Below, one piece after another: positions 36,179-44,612 of a stretch of 52,255 bases of DNA. The position numbers and the translations under genes are program-made. Every line of letters starts with the position of its first letter. The stretch's first letter is position 1. The notes below the pieces were generated by a model. The model saw only the letters and a list, made by a program, of their open reading frames with translations, did no database searches and was not told where the DNA came from. The DNA comes from Acidobacteriota bacterium (GTDB lineage: Bacteria > Acidobacteriota > Terriglobia > Bryobacterales > Bryobacteraceae): NCBI GenBank assembly GCA_016178155.1, contig JACOTZ010000166.1, positions 1-52,255 on the forward strand. Reading direction: 5' to 3'.

Positions 36179-37372
36179 TCACTCGCTGCCGGGGCGGATT
36201 CGCGCGAGCATTCCAGCCGAAACCAGCAGCAGAATAGCAGCCGTCTCGAAAGCCGCGCCCAGGCCGACCGCGGCCTTCAGATAACCCGCGAGTGCCGCGG
36301 CGACGCCTCCGGCGAGGCAGGCGGCGAAATTGAAGATGCCGTAGCCGGTGGATCGCAGGTCCGGCTGCGCGATCTGGCAGAGGGTGGGCATGGTGTTGCA
36401 GTCGTAGAGGCCGCGACCGAGGCCAAACACGATCAGGGCCGTGATCAGCAAAGCCTGCGATCCGGTCACGCCGATCACAAAGAGGAACGGCGCCGCGGCC
36501 GCAAGTCCCAGCGCCTGCGTCATCAGCCGGCCGCGCGTCGTCCTGCGGCTCCACGAATCGGCCAGCCACCCGCCCGCCAGGATTCCCGCGAAGCTCGCCG
36601 CCTGGATATAAAACGTGGCGGAAAAGCCGGCCAGCGCCAGGCTCATCCCGAACCGTTCATACAAGTACAGGGGCAGCCATGTATACACGATCCAGTTCGC
36701 GATCGATACCGCGCTGAAGACTGCGGTCATGGCCAGGAATCCGGGCAGGGAAGCGAGCTTCCGAAACGACAGCAGCAGGGGCGGTGGCGCCGTCTCGCCT
36801 TCCTGGCGCGGTGGAGCTTTCAGCAGCCGGCGAAGAACCAGGAAGTACAGTATTCCAGCGACGCCGAGAATGGTGAACGCCAGACGCCACCCGTAGCGCT
36901 CCCCCATCCACCCTCCGCCGGCGCCGCCCAGGATGATGCCGGCGTACAAACCGCTCTGATGAAGCCCGGTGGCCAGCGACCGGGAGCGCGGTCCGTGATA
37001 GTCCGCAATCAGACCGAGTGCCGCCGGCAGGTAGCAAGCCTCGCTGATACCCATCAATGCGCGTGCCATGATCAGCTCGGCGAAATTTCGGGCGTGGCCG
37101 GTCGCCCACGTGACCAGGCTCCACACCAGCAGGCTGACCAGGATCATCCTGGCGCGTCCGAGACGATCGGCAAGATACCCGGCGAACGGGCTCAGGATTC
37201 CGTAGACCCAAAGAAAGACCGTGCTCAGCAGCCCCAGTTCGCCTGCCGTGAGTTTCAGGTCCGCCTCGAGTAGCGGAAAGACGGAGAAGATCACCTGCCG
37301 GTCCAGGTAGTTGAGCAGCGCGACCACCCACAACAGCCCCACCAGCAGCCATGCGTAATGTCGCGCGTTCAC
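36179..37372 (-). CDS. MFS transporter, anion:cation symporter (ACS) type; candidate sialate or acid-sugar transporter
   Basis: ORF trimmed to the GTG at 37372, which overlaps the upstream stop (GTGA). LNYLDRQV motif and 12-TM pattern. Confidence 0.8.
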   Translation of the reverse strand: MNARHYAWLLVGLLWVVALLNYLDRQVIFSVFPLLEADLKLTAGELGLLSTVFLWVYGILSPFAGYLADRLGRARMILVSLLVWSLVTWATGHARNFAELIMARALMGISEACYLPAALGLIADYHGPRSRSLATGLHQSGLYAGIILGGAGGGWMGERYGWRLAFTILGVAGILYFLVLRRLLKAPPRQEGETAPPPLLLSFRKLASLPGFLAMTAVFSAVSIANWIVYTWLPLYLYERFGMSLALAGFSATFYIQAASFAGILAGGWLADSWSRRTTRGRLMTQALGLAAAAPFLFVIGVTGSQALLITALIVFGLGRGLYDCNTMPTLCQIAQPDLRSTGYGIFNFAACLAGGVAAALAGYLKAAVGLGAAFETAAILLLVSAGMLARIRPGSE

Positions 37373-38268
37373 CGCACTGCCAGGCCGGGGAACCCGCTTT
37401 CCGCGAAGCTGGAGACCGCCAGCGCCTCTCGGAGCCGCTCTTCCTCTCCCGCCGAAAGCCGGCGGCGCGGCGCGAGGCAAGCGCCGCAATCGATCCCGGA
37501 CCAGCCGAGCATCCGCTTCACCGCGGGAAAAAGAGGGAAACGTAGCGTCAGCCGAATCAGCTCATTGATCCGCGCCTGTACGGCACGCGCGCGCCGCCAC
37601 TCGTTTGCGCCCGCCAGCCGATAGACTTCCACGAACAGTTCCGGAACGAGATTGTAGAAAGTGCCGATGCCCCCGTCGGCGCCCATCAATAGCCCGGCCA
37701 CGAGGACTTCATCCCGGCCATTGAAGAGAACGGCGCCGCTGTTTTTGATGCTTTCGAGCCGGTAGAGATCGAAATCGGTAAACTTCAGGCCCACGATGTT
37801 CGGGATCGACGTCAGCTCGAGGATCTGCTCCGCGCTGGCGATGCCGGGACACACTTCCGGGAAATAGTAGATCAGAAGCGGCACCTCGGCGGCGGCGGCG
37901 AGAGCTTCATAATATGCGCGAATCTCAGCGAACGAGTAGGCGCCCAGCGGGGGTAGGCTGCTGACCGCGGTGGCGCCGATTCGCGAAGCATGACGGGTCA
38001 GTTCGACGGCGTCGGCGGTCCGGTAAGCGCCCGTGTGAATGATGATCTGCCGGCCGGCCGGCGAATTGCTCACCGCCGCTTCGGCGACGCGCTTGCGCTG
38101 CTCCACCGGTTGCAGCAGTCCTTCGCCGGTTTGGCCGCAAACATAGACGCCATGCGCGCCGGCGCTATACACGCGCTCCAGAAGTGTCTCAAACACTTGC
38201 GGCTTGAATTGTTCTTCGGCATCGAACGGCGTGACCACGGCGGGAATGATTCCGTGTAAGTCTCTCAT
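37369..38268 (-). CDS. nanA: DHDPS/NanA-family lyase, probable N-acetylneuraminate lyase
   Basis: GIIPAVVTPF, GQTGEG, IYYFPE and the Schiff-base Lys in IVGLKFTD. Lies directly downstream of a sialidase gene. Start taken at the ATG at 38268. Confidence 0.75.
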   Translation of the reverse strand: MRDLHGIIPAVVTPFDAEEQFKPQVFETLLERVYSAGAHGVYVCGQTGEGLLQPVEQRKRVAEAAVSNSPAGRQIIIHTGAYRTADAVELTRHASRIGATAVSSLPPLGAYSFAEIRAYYEALAAAAEVPLLIYYFPEVCPGIASAEQILELTSIPNIVGLKFTDFDLYRLESIKNSGAVLFNGRDEVLVAGLLMGADGGIGTFYNLVPELFVEVYRLAGANEWRRARAVQARINELIRLTLRFPLFPAVKRMLGWSGIDCGACLAPRRRLSAGEEERLREALAVSSFAESGFPGLAVR

Positions 38269-38276
38269 CGCTCTCT

Positions 38277-39389
38277 TCACCTTTGCGCCAGCCATTGCAA
38301 GGAAAAACGCGCGAACGTGATCCGTTCGTAAGCGCTCGCCTCCCCGCGCTCATACAGGAGTCCGATGGTGCGATCGCGCAAAACCGCCAGCGAGGAATAA
38401 GCGGACGGGCCTTCATGCACCACTTTGGCGACGGGCCAGGATTTCCCGTCATCATAGCTGAGCCGCACGGTCATTCGTACGCGCCTGACGCCGGCCGGGT
38501 TTGAGAACAGCAGCCGGCCGTCGCTCCTCTTTCCCGGCGGAACCGCCGTGATCAGGCTGGCCTGGCAGACTGGCTCGATCAGCGCCTGGTCAAGTTGTAC
38601 GGATGACCAGGTGAGTCCGCCGTCCCGGCTGTGCGCGATCGCGCGCCTGTTCTGCCCGTGGTAGCTCCGCATGTTCAGTAGCAGCGAGCCGTCCCGCAGC
38701 TCGACGACGGCGGATTCATTCGTCTTCTCTTCCGCGCTCCCGCCGATTTTCCAGCTTCTCCCGCCGTCCTCACTGTAGATCACATGGGAGTGCCTCGCGC
38801 GCGTCCCCTGGCGATTGTGGTCGCAGGGAATCACCAGCCGTCCGCTCCGGAGTTGGATGCCGTTGCCCGGACCTGTCGCATACCACGTCCAGTCCGGCCG
38901 CTTCACCGAGGATGTGATTTCCTCGGCCGGACTCCAGCTCGCGCCGTCGTCCGTGCTGCGGCTGATCCACACCGTGCGGGTGCTTTCATCGGCGGAATCC
39001 ACGATCTGATGCTCCTTCATCTCGCCCGGATTGCGCGTCAGCAGAAGCACGATCGTTCCCGTCTTCCGTTCCACCACCGGAGCCGGGTTGCCGATCGTGT
39101 CCCCGCCAAAATCGGCGATGACCTGCGCCTCCGTCCAGCTTTGCCCGTTATCGAAGCTGCGTTTCAGCAGCAGGTCGATATCTCCCGTGTCGCTGCTTGA
39201 ATTCCGCCTGCCCTCGCAAAACGCCAGTAGAGTCCCTTTCTTCGTGGTGATCAGTGCGGGGATTCGGTACGTGTGATACCCGTTCTCGCCGGAGCGGAAG
39301 ACCTCGATCTGACTGAGACGAGGCTCCGCCCCCTGCACACTCGTGAACGTCAGAAGTGATAAGAGAATGCCCAGAAGCTTCAAACGCAT
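38277..39389 (-). CDS. Exo-alpha-sialidase (GH33, BNR/Asp-box repeats), secreted
   Basis: Signal peptide, YRIPAL (RIP motif), and repeated SxDxGxxW Asp-boxes (SFDNGQSW, STDDGASW, SEDGGRSW, SRDGGLTW, SYDDGKSW). Confidence 0.93.
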   Translation of the reverse strand: MRLKLLGILLSLLTFTSVQGAEPRLSQIEVFRSGENGYHTYRIPALITTKKGTLLAFCEGRRNSSSDTGDIDLLLKRSFDNGQSWTEAQVIADFGGDTIGNPAPVVERKTGTIVLLLTRNPGEMKEHQIVDSADESTRTVWISRSTDDGASWSPAEEITSSVKRPDWTWYATGPGNGIQLRSGRLVIPCDHNRQGTRARHSHVIYSEDGGRSWKIGGSAEEKTNESAVVELRDGSLLLNMRSYHGQNRRAIAHSRDGGLTWSSVQLDQALIEPVCQASLITAVPPGKRSDGRLLFSNPAGVRRVRMTVRLSYDDGKSWPVAKVVHEGPSAYSSLAVLRDRTIGLLYERGEASAYERITFARFSLQWLAQR

Positions 39390-39542
39390 ACCTCCTCAGC
39401 CCGGACAGCCCGCTTCCGCCGGTCGCGCCCCTGTTTATCACCCGCAGCTTCCCATACTCACCTTCGCGCCGGTGGACCCATTCTCTGCTCGCCGGGAGAA
39501 TCTTCAGCATCCGTACGGTGCTTAGGCGGCCGAGCTTTGTCC

Positions 39543-39652
39543 CCGCCTCCCTGACTGGTTCGCCCGGTCAGGGAACAATCTTCAAACCTTCCGCTCGCGA
39601 ACTCCGGCTACGCATTCCTCAGCCCGGGATCGCGAGCGCGGGACGGAGGCGG
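39543..39652. repeat. Nested inverted repeats (about 110 nt) between the TonB receptor and sialidase genes
   Basis: The outer pair is CCGCCTCC (39543-50) with GGAGGCGG (39645-52). One inner hairpin is CCCTGACTGG/CCGGTCAGGG (39549-73). A second is CCGCTCGCGA/TCGCGAGCGCGG (39591-39642). It shares CCGCTC, CCGGCT and GCGGGACGG with the REP family. Confidence 0.5.
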
Positions 39653-39702
39653 CAGCACGCCGAAAACACCCCGGGATTCCCGTCTTTGATGCCGCATGGT
39701 CC

Positions 39703-42700
39703 TCAGAACATGTATTTCAAGGCGAACTGGATATTCCGCCCTCCGCTCGCTCCCAGGATCTGCCCGAAATTCGGATTCGTGACGGTCGCGTTCGGTGAAG
39801 ACAGTACTTTGTGGTTGAGAACGTTGAATGCCTCAAAGCGGAACGTCACGCGGTGGCTCTCCCGAATCGCGAACTGCTTATGCAGCGCGAAGTCGTAGGT
39901 GAAGCCGGACGGGCCGCGGAGCGCATTAAATCCCAGGTTGCCGAACCGCCGCTCGCGCTGCGGCGTCGTCACATCGAATGCGGCCGGATTTAGCCAGCGC
40001 AACGCGTCCGTGTCCCGAACGTACGGCTCGACACCGCCAACCAGATCGGGACGCTGCCCCGAGCTGCGTCCGTTGCCGGCCAGATCCCGGCCGGCAGTCA
40101 CATTGAATGGCAAACCGGAGCGCAGCGTGATGATCCCCTGCACTGTCCAGCCGCCCAGGACCGCTTTGCCAAACCCCGACCGCGCGAACGGCGCGTCCGG
40201 CAGGGCATAGGAATGCAGGCTGACGAAGCGGTGGCGAATGTCGCTGTCGCGCGGACCATAGGTATCGCGGAGATTTTCCGGATTCTGAATCGCGCCATCA
40301 ATCGTCAGTGTGCCGTCCGGATGGTAGTAGCCGAGGTTCTTGCCATACGTGTAGTACGTGTCAAAGGTCAGGCCGCGCCACAGGCGCTGATTCGCGGAAA
40401 GCTGGAGCGCGTGGTAGGAGGCGTTCGCGGCGTTCTCCGCGAAAATGACGTCGCCGAACTCTGGATGCGGCCGCCGCCCGAGCGATGGATCCACCAGGTT
40501 CAGGACCCGCGCATTGTACAGCTTGAGGCTGCGGCTCCCCACGTAGGAGGCCTGCAGGGCGAGCGCCGGCGTGGCTTCGTATTGCACGCTCAGGTTCCAT
40601 TGCCCGGAGTACTCGTCGCGACGGTTGTAGTCGGCGCCGCGCCGCGCAATCACCAGGCTCGCAGGCAGCAGGCCGGGGTTCGCGGCAATCTGCTGCACGA
40701 ATTCATTCGAAAACGGATACGAAACCGGAAAAGGAAGGTCCGCGGGAGCCACGTTTGCCACAAACGGCAGCCGCGGATCAATGAATGCCATGTCGTAGTA
40801 ATAGAAGGGCTGCGGAGGTCCATACGCAATCCCGCCGCCCGCGCGCACTACCAGCTTCTGATTGCCGGTCGGATCGAACACCAGGCCCACGCGCGGCGCA
40901 AAGTTGTTCCGATCCGGCGCGAACATGGGTTCGCCCGGCCGGTTGAACGGCGCGTATGGATCCGAGCCGGTTACGTTGAAGCCGCCTTTCAGAGGAGGTG
41001 AGTATTCGTACCTCAGCCCCGCGTTGAGCTGCATCCGCGCGGAGACCCGCCAGTCATCCTGAATATAAAAGCCGTAATTGCGGGTCCGGAGCCCTTTGCC
41101 CCCGCCGAACAGCAACCCCACGCGGTTGGGACGATCGGCGATCAGGTCCTGCGCGCTGTTGTAGGAATGGCTCGGCTGCCCGCCTTGGTCGCGCGCGCTG
41201 CGCACCTCGCGGATCTCGAATCCCGCCTTCATCGTGTGCCGCCCCCGCACCAGGCTGAAGTTGTCCGCCAGCGTGTACGTCGTCGTGATGAAGTGGATGA
41301 AGCTGATCAGGCTGACATTCGTCGAGATGCCTGCCACCGTGATCCAGGCGGGGACCCGTTCCCGCCCGGGCTCGTTACGAAACAGGTCGTTGCGGTTCAT
41401 CCCCAGGCGCAGCTCGTTAAAGGCGCTGGGGCTGACCGTGAAACTGTCCTGCACGACGGCGTTGTGAAAGCGCGTCGGAAACAACCGCGGCAGCGTAGGG
41501 ATGAACTGTGGGATCGTGACGTCCTGATGGTTGTAGCTGTACCGTGTCGCGAGGCGGTGTTTGGAAAAATGGGCATCCACCCGCCCCAGATACGTATTCT
41601 CGTCGTTCTTGCGACGGTCGTTGCGGCGGTGGAAGCCGACCAGCGGGTTCGACGTGGGTGTGTAATCCCCGACCGGCGCCAGTTCCATGACGCGTCGGAT
41701 CTCCGGCTTGAGCTGGTTGAGCAGCAGCGGCGTGGCTACGTTGCCGCTGATCTGCTGGTTTCTTCGCACCGTGGCGCCCTCGTAGTTGAAAAAGAAGAAC
41801 ACACGGTCCTTGCGGATCGGCCCGCCCAGGTTGCCGCCGTACTGGTTCCAGCGCAGCGGCGGTTTCGGCAAGTTCGATCGATTTGAGAAGAAAGAATTCG
41901 CGTCCAGCTTGTCATTCCGGAAGAACTCGAACAGTGCTCCATGAAACCGGTTCGTGCCGCTCTTGGTCGTGATGTTCAGCACGCCTCCGCTCGCTCTCCC
42001 GTATTCGGCCGAGAAGGCGCTGCCGGTCGCCTTGAACTCGGCGATCGCCTCCACGCTGACTGTATGGATCAGCGAGCCTGTGCCGCCGGCACCCGCCGAA
42101 CGGTCACTGGCGCTGCCGTTCACTTCGCCGAACGTCATATCGTTGCCATCGAGAAGAAGATTGTTGCTGAGCGCCGACGAACCGTGAAACTCGATGCCGC
42201 CGCGTCCGCCGGCCGCGCCTGGCGGCGCTACTAGCACGCCCGCCTGCAACCCCACTAGCTGCTCGAAATTCCGCCCGTTCAGAGGGAGCGATTCGACCTT
42301 GCTCTGTTCCATGACCACTCCCAGATCTGTCGTGCTGGCGTTGACCAAAGGGGCCGCCGCGACCACCTCCACCGATTCTGTAATCTGGCCGATCGCAAGC
42401 TTCAGGTCGATCCGCGGCCGGGTGCCCGCATTCAGCGTGAAGTCTGCGCTTGTGGCCTTTTGAAAGCCCTGCGCTTCCGCCTCCAATCGGTACCGCCCAG
42501 CCGGCAGCAGCGGGAATTCGTAGTAGCCGCGTTCATTGCTCACCGTCTCCTGGACCACATTCCGGTCGACGTTGGCTGCCCTGATCGTCACCGCCGCCAC
42601 CGCAGCCCCGCTCGGGTCCGTGATGTATCCGATGATCGATCCGCCGCCGATTTGCGCTGCCAGCGGAACGCAGGCAGCCGGAAGGCATCCGGCGATCAGG

Positions 42701-42726
42701 AGAATTCGAAACAGGCCATTCGACAT
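39703..42726 (-). CDS. TonB-dependent outer-membrane receptor with carboxypeptidase-regulatory-like domain (paralog 3)
   Basis: ORF trimmed to MSNGLFRILLIAGCLPAACVPLAAQ, with GGGAAGGA upstream. The C-terminus ends FALKYMF. Confidence 0.9.
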   Translation of the reverse strand: MSNGLFRILLIAGCLPAACVPLAAQIGGGSIIGYITDPSGAAVAAVTIRAANVDRNVVQETVSNERGYYEFPLLPAGRYRLEAEAQGFQKATSADFTLNAGTRPRIDLKLAIGQITESVEVVAAAPLVNASTTDLGVVMEQSKVESLPLNGRNFEQLVGLQAGVLVAPPGAAGGRGGIEFHGSSALSNNLLLDGNDMTFGEVNGSASDRSAGAGGTGSLIHTVSVEAIAEFKATGSAFSAEYGRASGGVLNITTKSGTNRFHGALFEFFRNDKLDANSFFSNRSNLPKPPLRWNQYGGNLGGPIRKDRVFFFFNYEGATVRRNQQISGNVATPLLLNQLKPEIRRVMELAPVGDYTPTSNPLVGFHRRNDRRKNDENTYLGRVDAHFSKHRLATRYSYNHQDVTIPQFIPTLPRLFPTRFHNAVVQDSFTVSPSAFNELRLGMNRNDLFRNEPGRERVPAWITVAGISTNVSLISFIHFITTTYTLADNFSLVRGRHTMKAGFEIREVRSARDQGGQPSHSYNSAQDLIADRPNRVGLLFGGGKGLRTRNYGFYIQDDWRVSARMQLNAGLRYEYSPPLKGGFNVTGSDPYAPFNRPGEPMFAPDRNNFAPRVGLVFDPTGNQKLVVRAGGGIAYGPPQPFYYYDMAFIDPRLPFVANVAPADLPFPVSYPFSNEFVQQIAANPGLLPASLVIARRGADYNRRDEYSGQWNLSVQYEATPALALQASYVGSRSLKLYNARVLNLVDPSLGRRPHPEFGDVIFAENAANASYHALQLSANQRLWRGLTFDTYYTYGKNLGYYHPDGTLTIDGAIQNPENLRDTYGPRDSDIRHRFVSLHSYALPDAPFARSGFGKAVLGGWTVQGIITLRSGLPFNVTAGRDLAGNGRSSGQRPDLVGGVEPYVRDTDALRWLNPAAFDVTTPQRERRFGNLGFNALRGPSGFTYDFALHKQFAIRESHRVTFRFEAFNVLNHKVLSSPNATVTNPNFGQILGASGGRNIQFALKYMF

Positions 42727-42995
42727 CGTTGTTATCCTTCCCTCGGGAACAGCCGCGCCCGTCCCCGGGCGCGACATGCTCGATCGTATTTCTCAACGCG
42801 CCGGCGCGAGACGCAGAGCCGGCGGTCACAGACAAACGCGCGTCAAGGCCGCTGCCCGGAGTCACGCTCGAGCGGTATGTCGCGGCTGGCCGCCGGCTGT
42901 AGCGCCATAGGTGCGGCTCTTCCACAACCAGCGCTTGCGCTGCCAAACGGGGGCTAGTGTGCTGTCCCGCCTGGCGCTTACACAACACTTCCGGG

Positions 42996-43015
42996 CCGCT
43001 TGCGTTGGCAAGCGG
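42996..43015 (-). terminator. Stem-loop after the GntR gene
   Basis: Perfect 8-bp stem CCGCTTGC/GCAAGCGG with a 4-nt loop, 17 nt past the stop codon. There is no U-run, so terminator function is uncertain. Confidence 0.35.
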
Positions 43016-43031
43016 CATGGGGGATGGCACG

Positions 43032-43763
43032 TTAGGTCGCGGATGGATCAGCAAGTTGTCCTCGAAACTGCAGCCTCCGCTCTGCGTATGTGCGACAATC
43101 TTCAGCTCCAGAGCTGAGGAACGGCTCGTAAGAGTTGCCGATGTGCTTCCGAACCGCTTCACTGAGCGCCGCCGGGTTACCCGCTTGCAGGGCCTCGACA
43201 ATGGGAGCGTGCGAATTCACCACCTCGCTTAGGTCCTCTAAGCCGGCACTGCGCAGGACGCTGATGAAGGCAAACAAGGGGGCAGTGATCTGGTCGAGCG
43301 TGCGGGCCAAGAGCTTGTTGCCTGAGCATTGCCACAGGTACCGGTGGAACTCCAGGTCGGCATGCGCCGATTCGTAATATGCATTCTCCGCGATGGTGTT
43401 CGAAAGAACATCCAAGCGGCGGTTCAACTCGCGAAAGTCATGTTCCGTCATTCGTTGCGCAGCCTTGGCCGCCGCCAGTCCTTCCAGTTGCAGCCGGACC
43501 TCGAGCCGGTCGCGAACCTCGGTGCTGCTCAGATTTGTTACGGCGGTTCCGACGTTGCGAGTCCGGACGACTAAGCCTTCTTTCTCCAGCTCGAGAAGCG
43601 CCTCGCGGATCGTGGGCTGGCTGACCCCGAGTTCGCGGGCCAGATGGAGTTCCCTGAGCGCCTCACCTAACTGGAGCTTTCCCGAGAAGATCGCCCCGCG
43701 CAGCGCCGTAAACACTTGGTCTTTGAGTGTAGTGTTGCGCACAGGATGGAAACGGGCAGACAT
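43032..43763 (-). CDS. GntR-family transcriptional regulator (FadR/FCD subfamily)
   Basis: N-terminal winged HTH LHLARELGVSQPTIREALLELEKEGLV, followed by a helical FCD-like C-terminal domain. Confidence 0.88.
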   Translation of the reverse strand: MSARFHPVRNTTLKDQVFTALRGAIFSGKLQLGEALRELHLARELGVSQPTIREALLELEKEGLVVRTRNVGTAVTNLSSTEVRDRLEVRLQLEGLAAAKAAQRMTEHDFRELNRRLDVLSNTIAENAYYESAHADLEFHRYLWQCSGNKLLARTLDQITAPLFAFISVLRSAGLEDLSEVVNSHAPIVEALQAGNPAALSEAVRKHIGNSYEPFLSSGAEDCRTYAERRLQFRGQLADPSAT

Positions 43764-43778
43764 TAACGTTAACGTTAA
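43763..43778. promoter_or_regulatory. Perfect 16-bp palindrome TTAACGTTAACGTTAA (operator candidate)
   Basis: Self-complementary as read from the sequence. It abuts and overlaps the GntR start codon. It contains GT-N-AC cores of the kind GntR regulators bind. Confidence 0.5.
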
Positions 43779-43892
43779 ACGCTAATGTACGCCGGGAATC
43801 GCTCCAGTGTCAAGTCTGTTCATGCCCCAAATCAGCGGGCCCGGGCTTACACAAACGGGTCACGGCTTTCCGTCCTTCCGTCCTGGCCCGTG

Positions 43893-43921
43893 TTGACATG
43901 CAACCTAGCCTCTGCTAACCT
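43893..43921 (+). promoter_or_regulatory. Possible promoter of the tetR-RND operon
   Basis: TTGACA (43893-98), 17-nt spacer, TAACCT (43916-21). The -10 element is weak. Confidence 0.35.
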
Positions 43922-43949
43922 AGCGTTTGCTACACTAGCAACTACTAGC
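43905..43949. promoter_or_regulatory. Array of TAGC-N4-GCTA palindromes with 15-bp periodicity (TetR operator candidate)
   Basis: The array reads CTAGCctctGCTAacCTAGCgtttGCTAcaCTAGCaactaCTAGC. It ends 2 nt before the tetR ATG. Confidence 0.45.
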
Positions 43950-43951
43950 TT

Positions 43952-44599
43952 ATGGCCGATCCGATACCCGTCAGGACCAGGCTCTCTTCCCCGGAGCGCA
44001 GAGCCGCCATCGTGGAGGCTGCGCTCCGTCTTTTCGCCGAAAAGGGCTTCCGTGGCACCACCACGCGCGAGTTGGCGGCCGCAGTCGGGGTCACCGAACC
44101 GATTCTCTACGAGCACTTCAAAACCAAGCGCGATCTCTATAGCGCAATCATCGAGACCAAAGCCTGCCGCGGCGCCGAAGAGGCCGGCCGGCTGCTCGAT
44201 CAGCACCAAACCAGCGACGACGTCGCATTCTTCACCACCCTCGGCGACACCATTGCCGGCTGGTACCTGAACGATCCCGCGTTCGTCCGGCTACTCCTTT
44301 TCAGTGGCCTTGAGGGCCATGAGCTGAAAGAGATGTTCTATGAGCGCCAGGTCTCGCAGTTCTTCCAGTTCGTCAGCAGCTATATCGAGCGACGCATCCG
44401 GGAAGGCGGGATGCGCCGGACCGATCCCATGGTGGCGGCGCGGGCGTTCTTCGGCATGATCGCCCACTATTGCCTGAGCACTATTGTCTTCAACTGCCCG
44501 ATCGTGCAGGCGCCCAAAGAGGAAGTCATTCGCGGCATGGTCGACATTTTTCTCAGCGGCGTATGCAGGGGCGATGCCCCTGGCCGCGCGGCTCCATAG
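43952..44599 (+). CDS. TetR/AcrR-family transcriptional regulator
   Basis: N-terminal HTH IVEAALRLFAEKGFRGTTTRELAAAVGVTEPILYEHF. Confidence 0.9.
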   Translation: MADPIPVRTRLSSPERRAAIVEAALRLFAEKGFRGTTTRELAAAVGVTEPILYEHFKTKRDLYSAIIETKACRGAEEAGRLLDQHQTSDDVAFFTTLGDTIAGWYLNDPAFVRLLLFSGLEGHELKEMFYERQVSQFFQFVSSYIERRIREGGMRRTDPMVAARAFFGMIAHYCLSTIVFNCPIVQAPKEEVIRGMVDIFLSGVCRGDAPGRAAP

Positions 44600-44612
44600 G
44601 CAGCGTAAGAAA

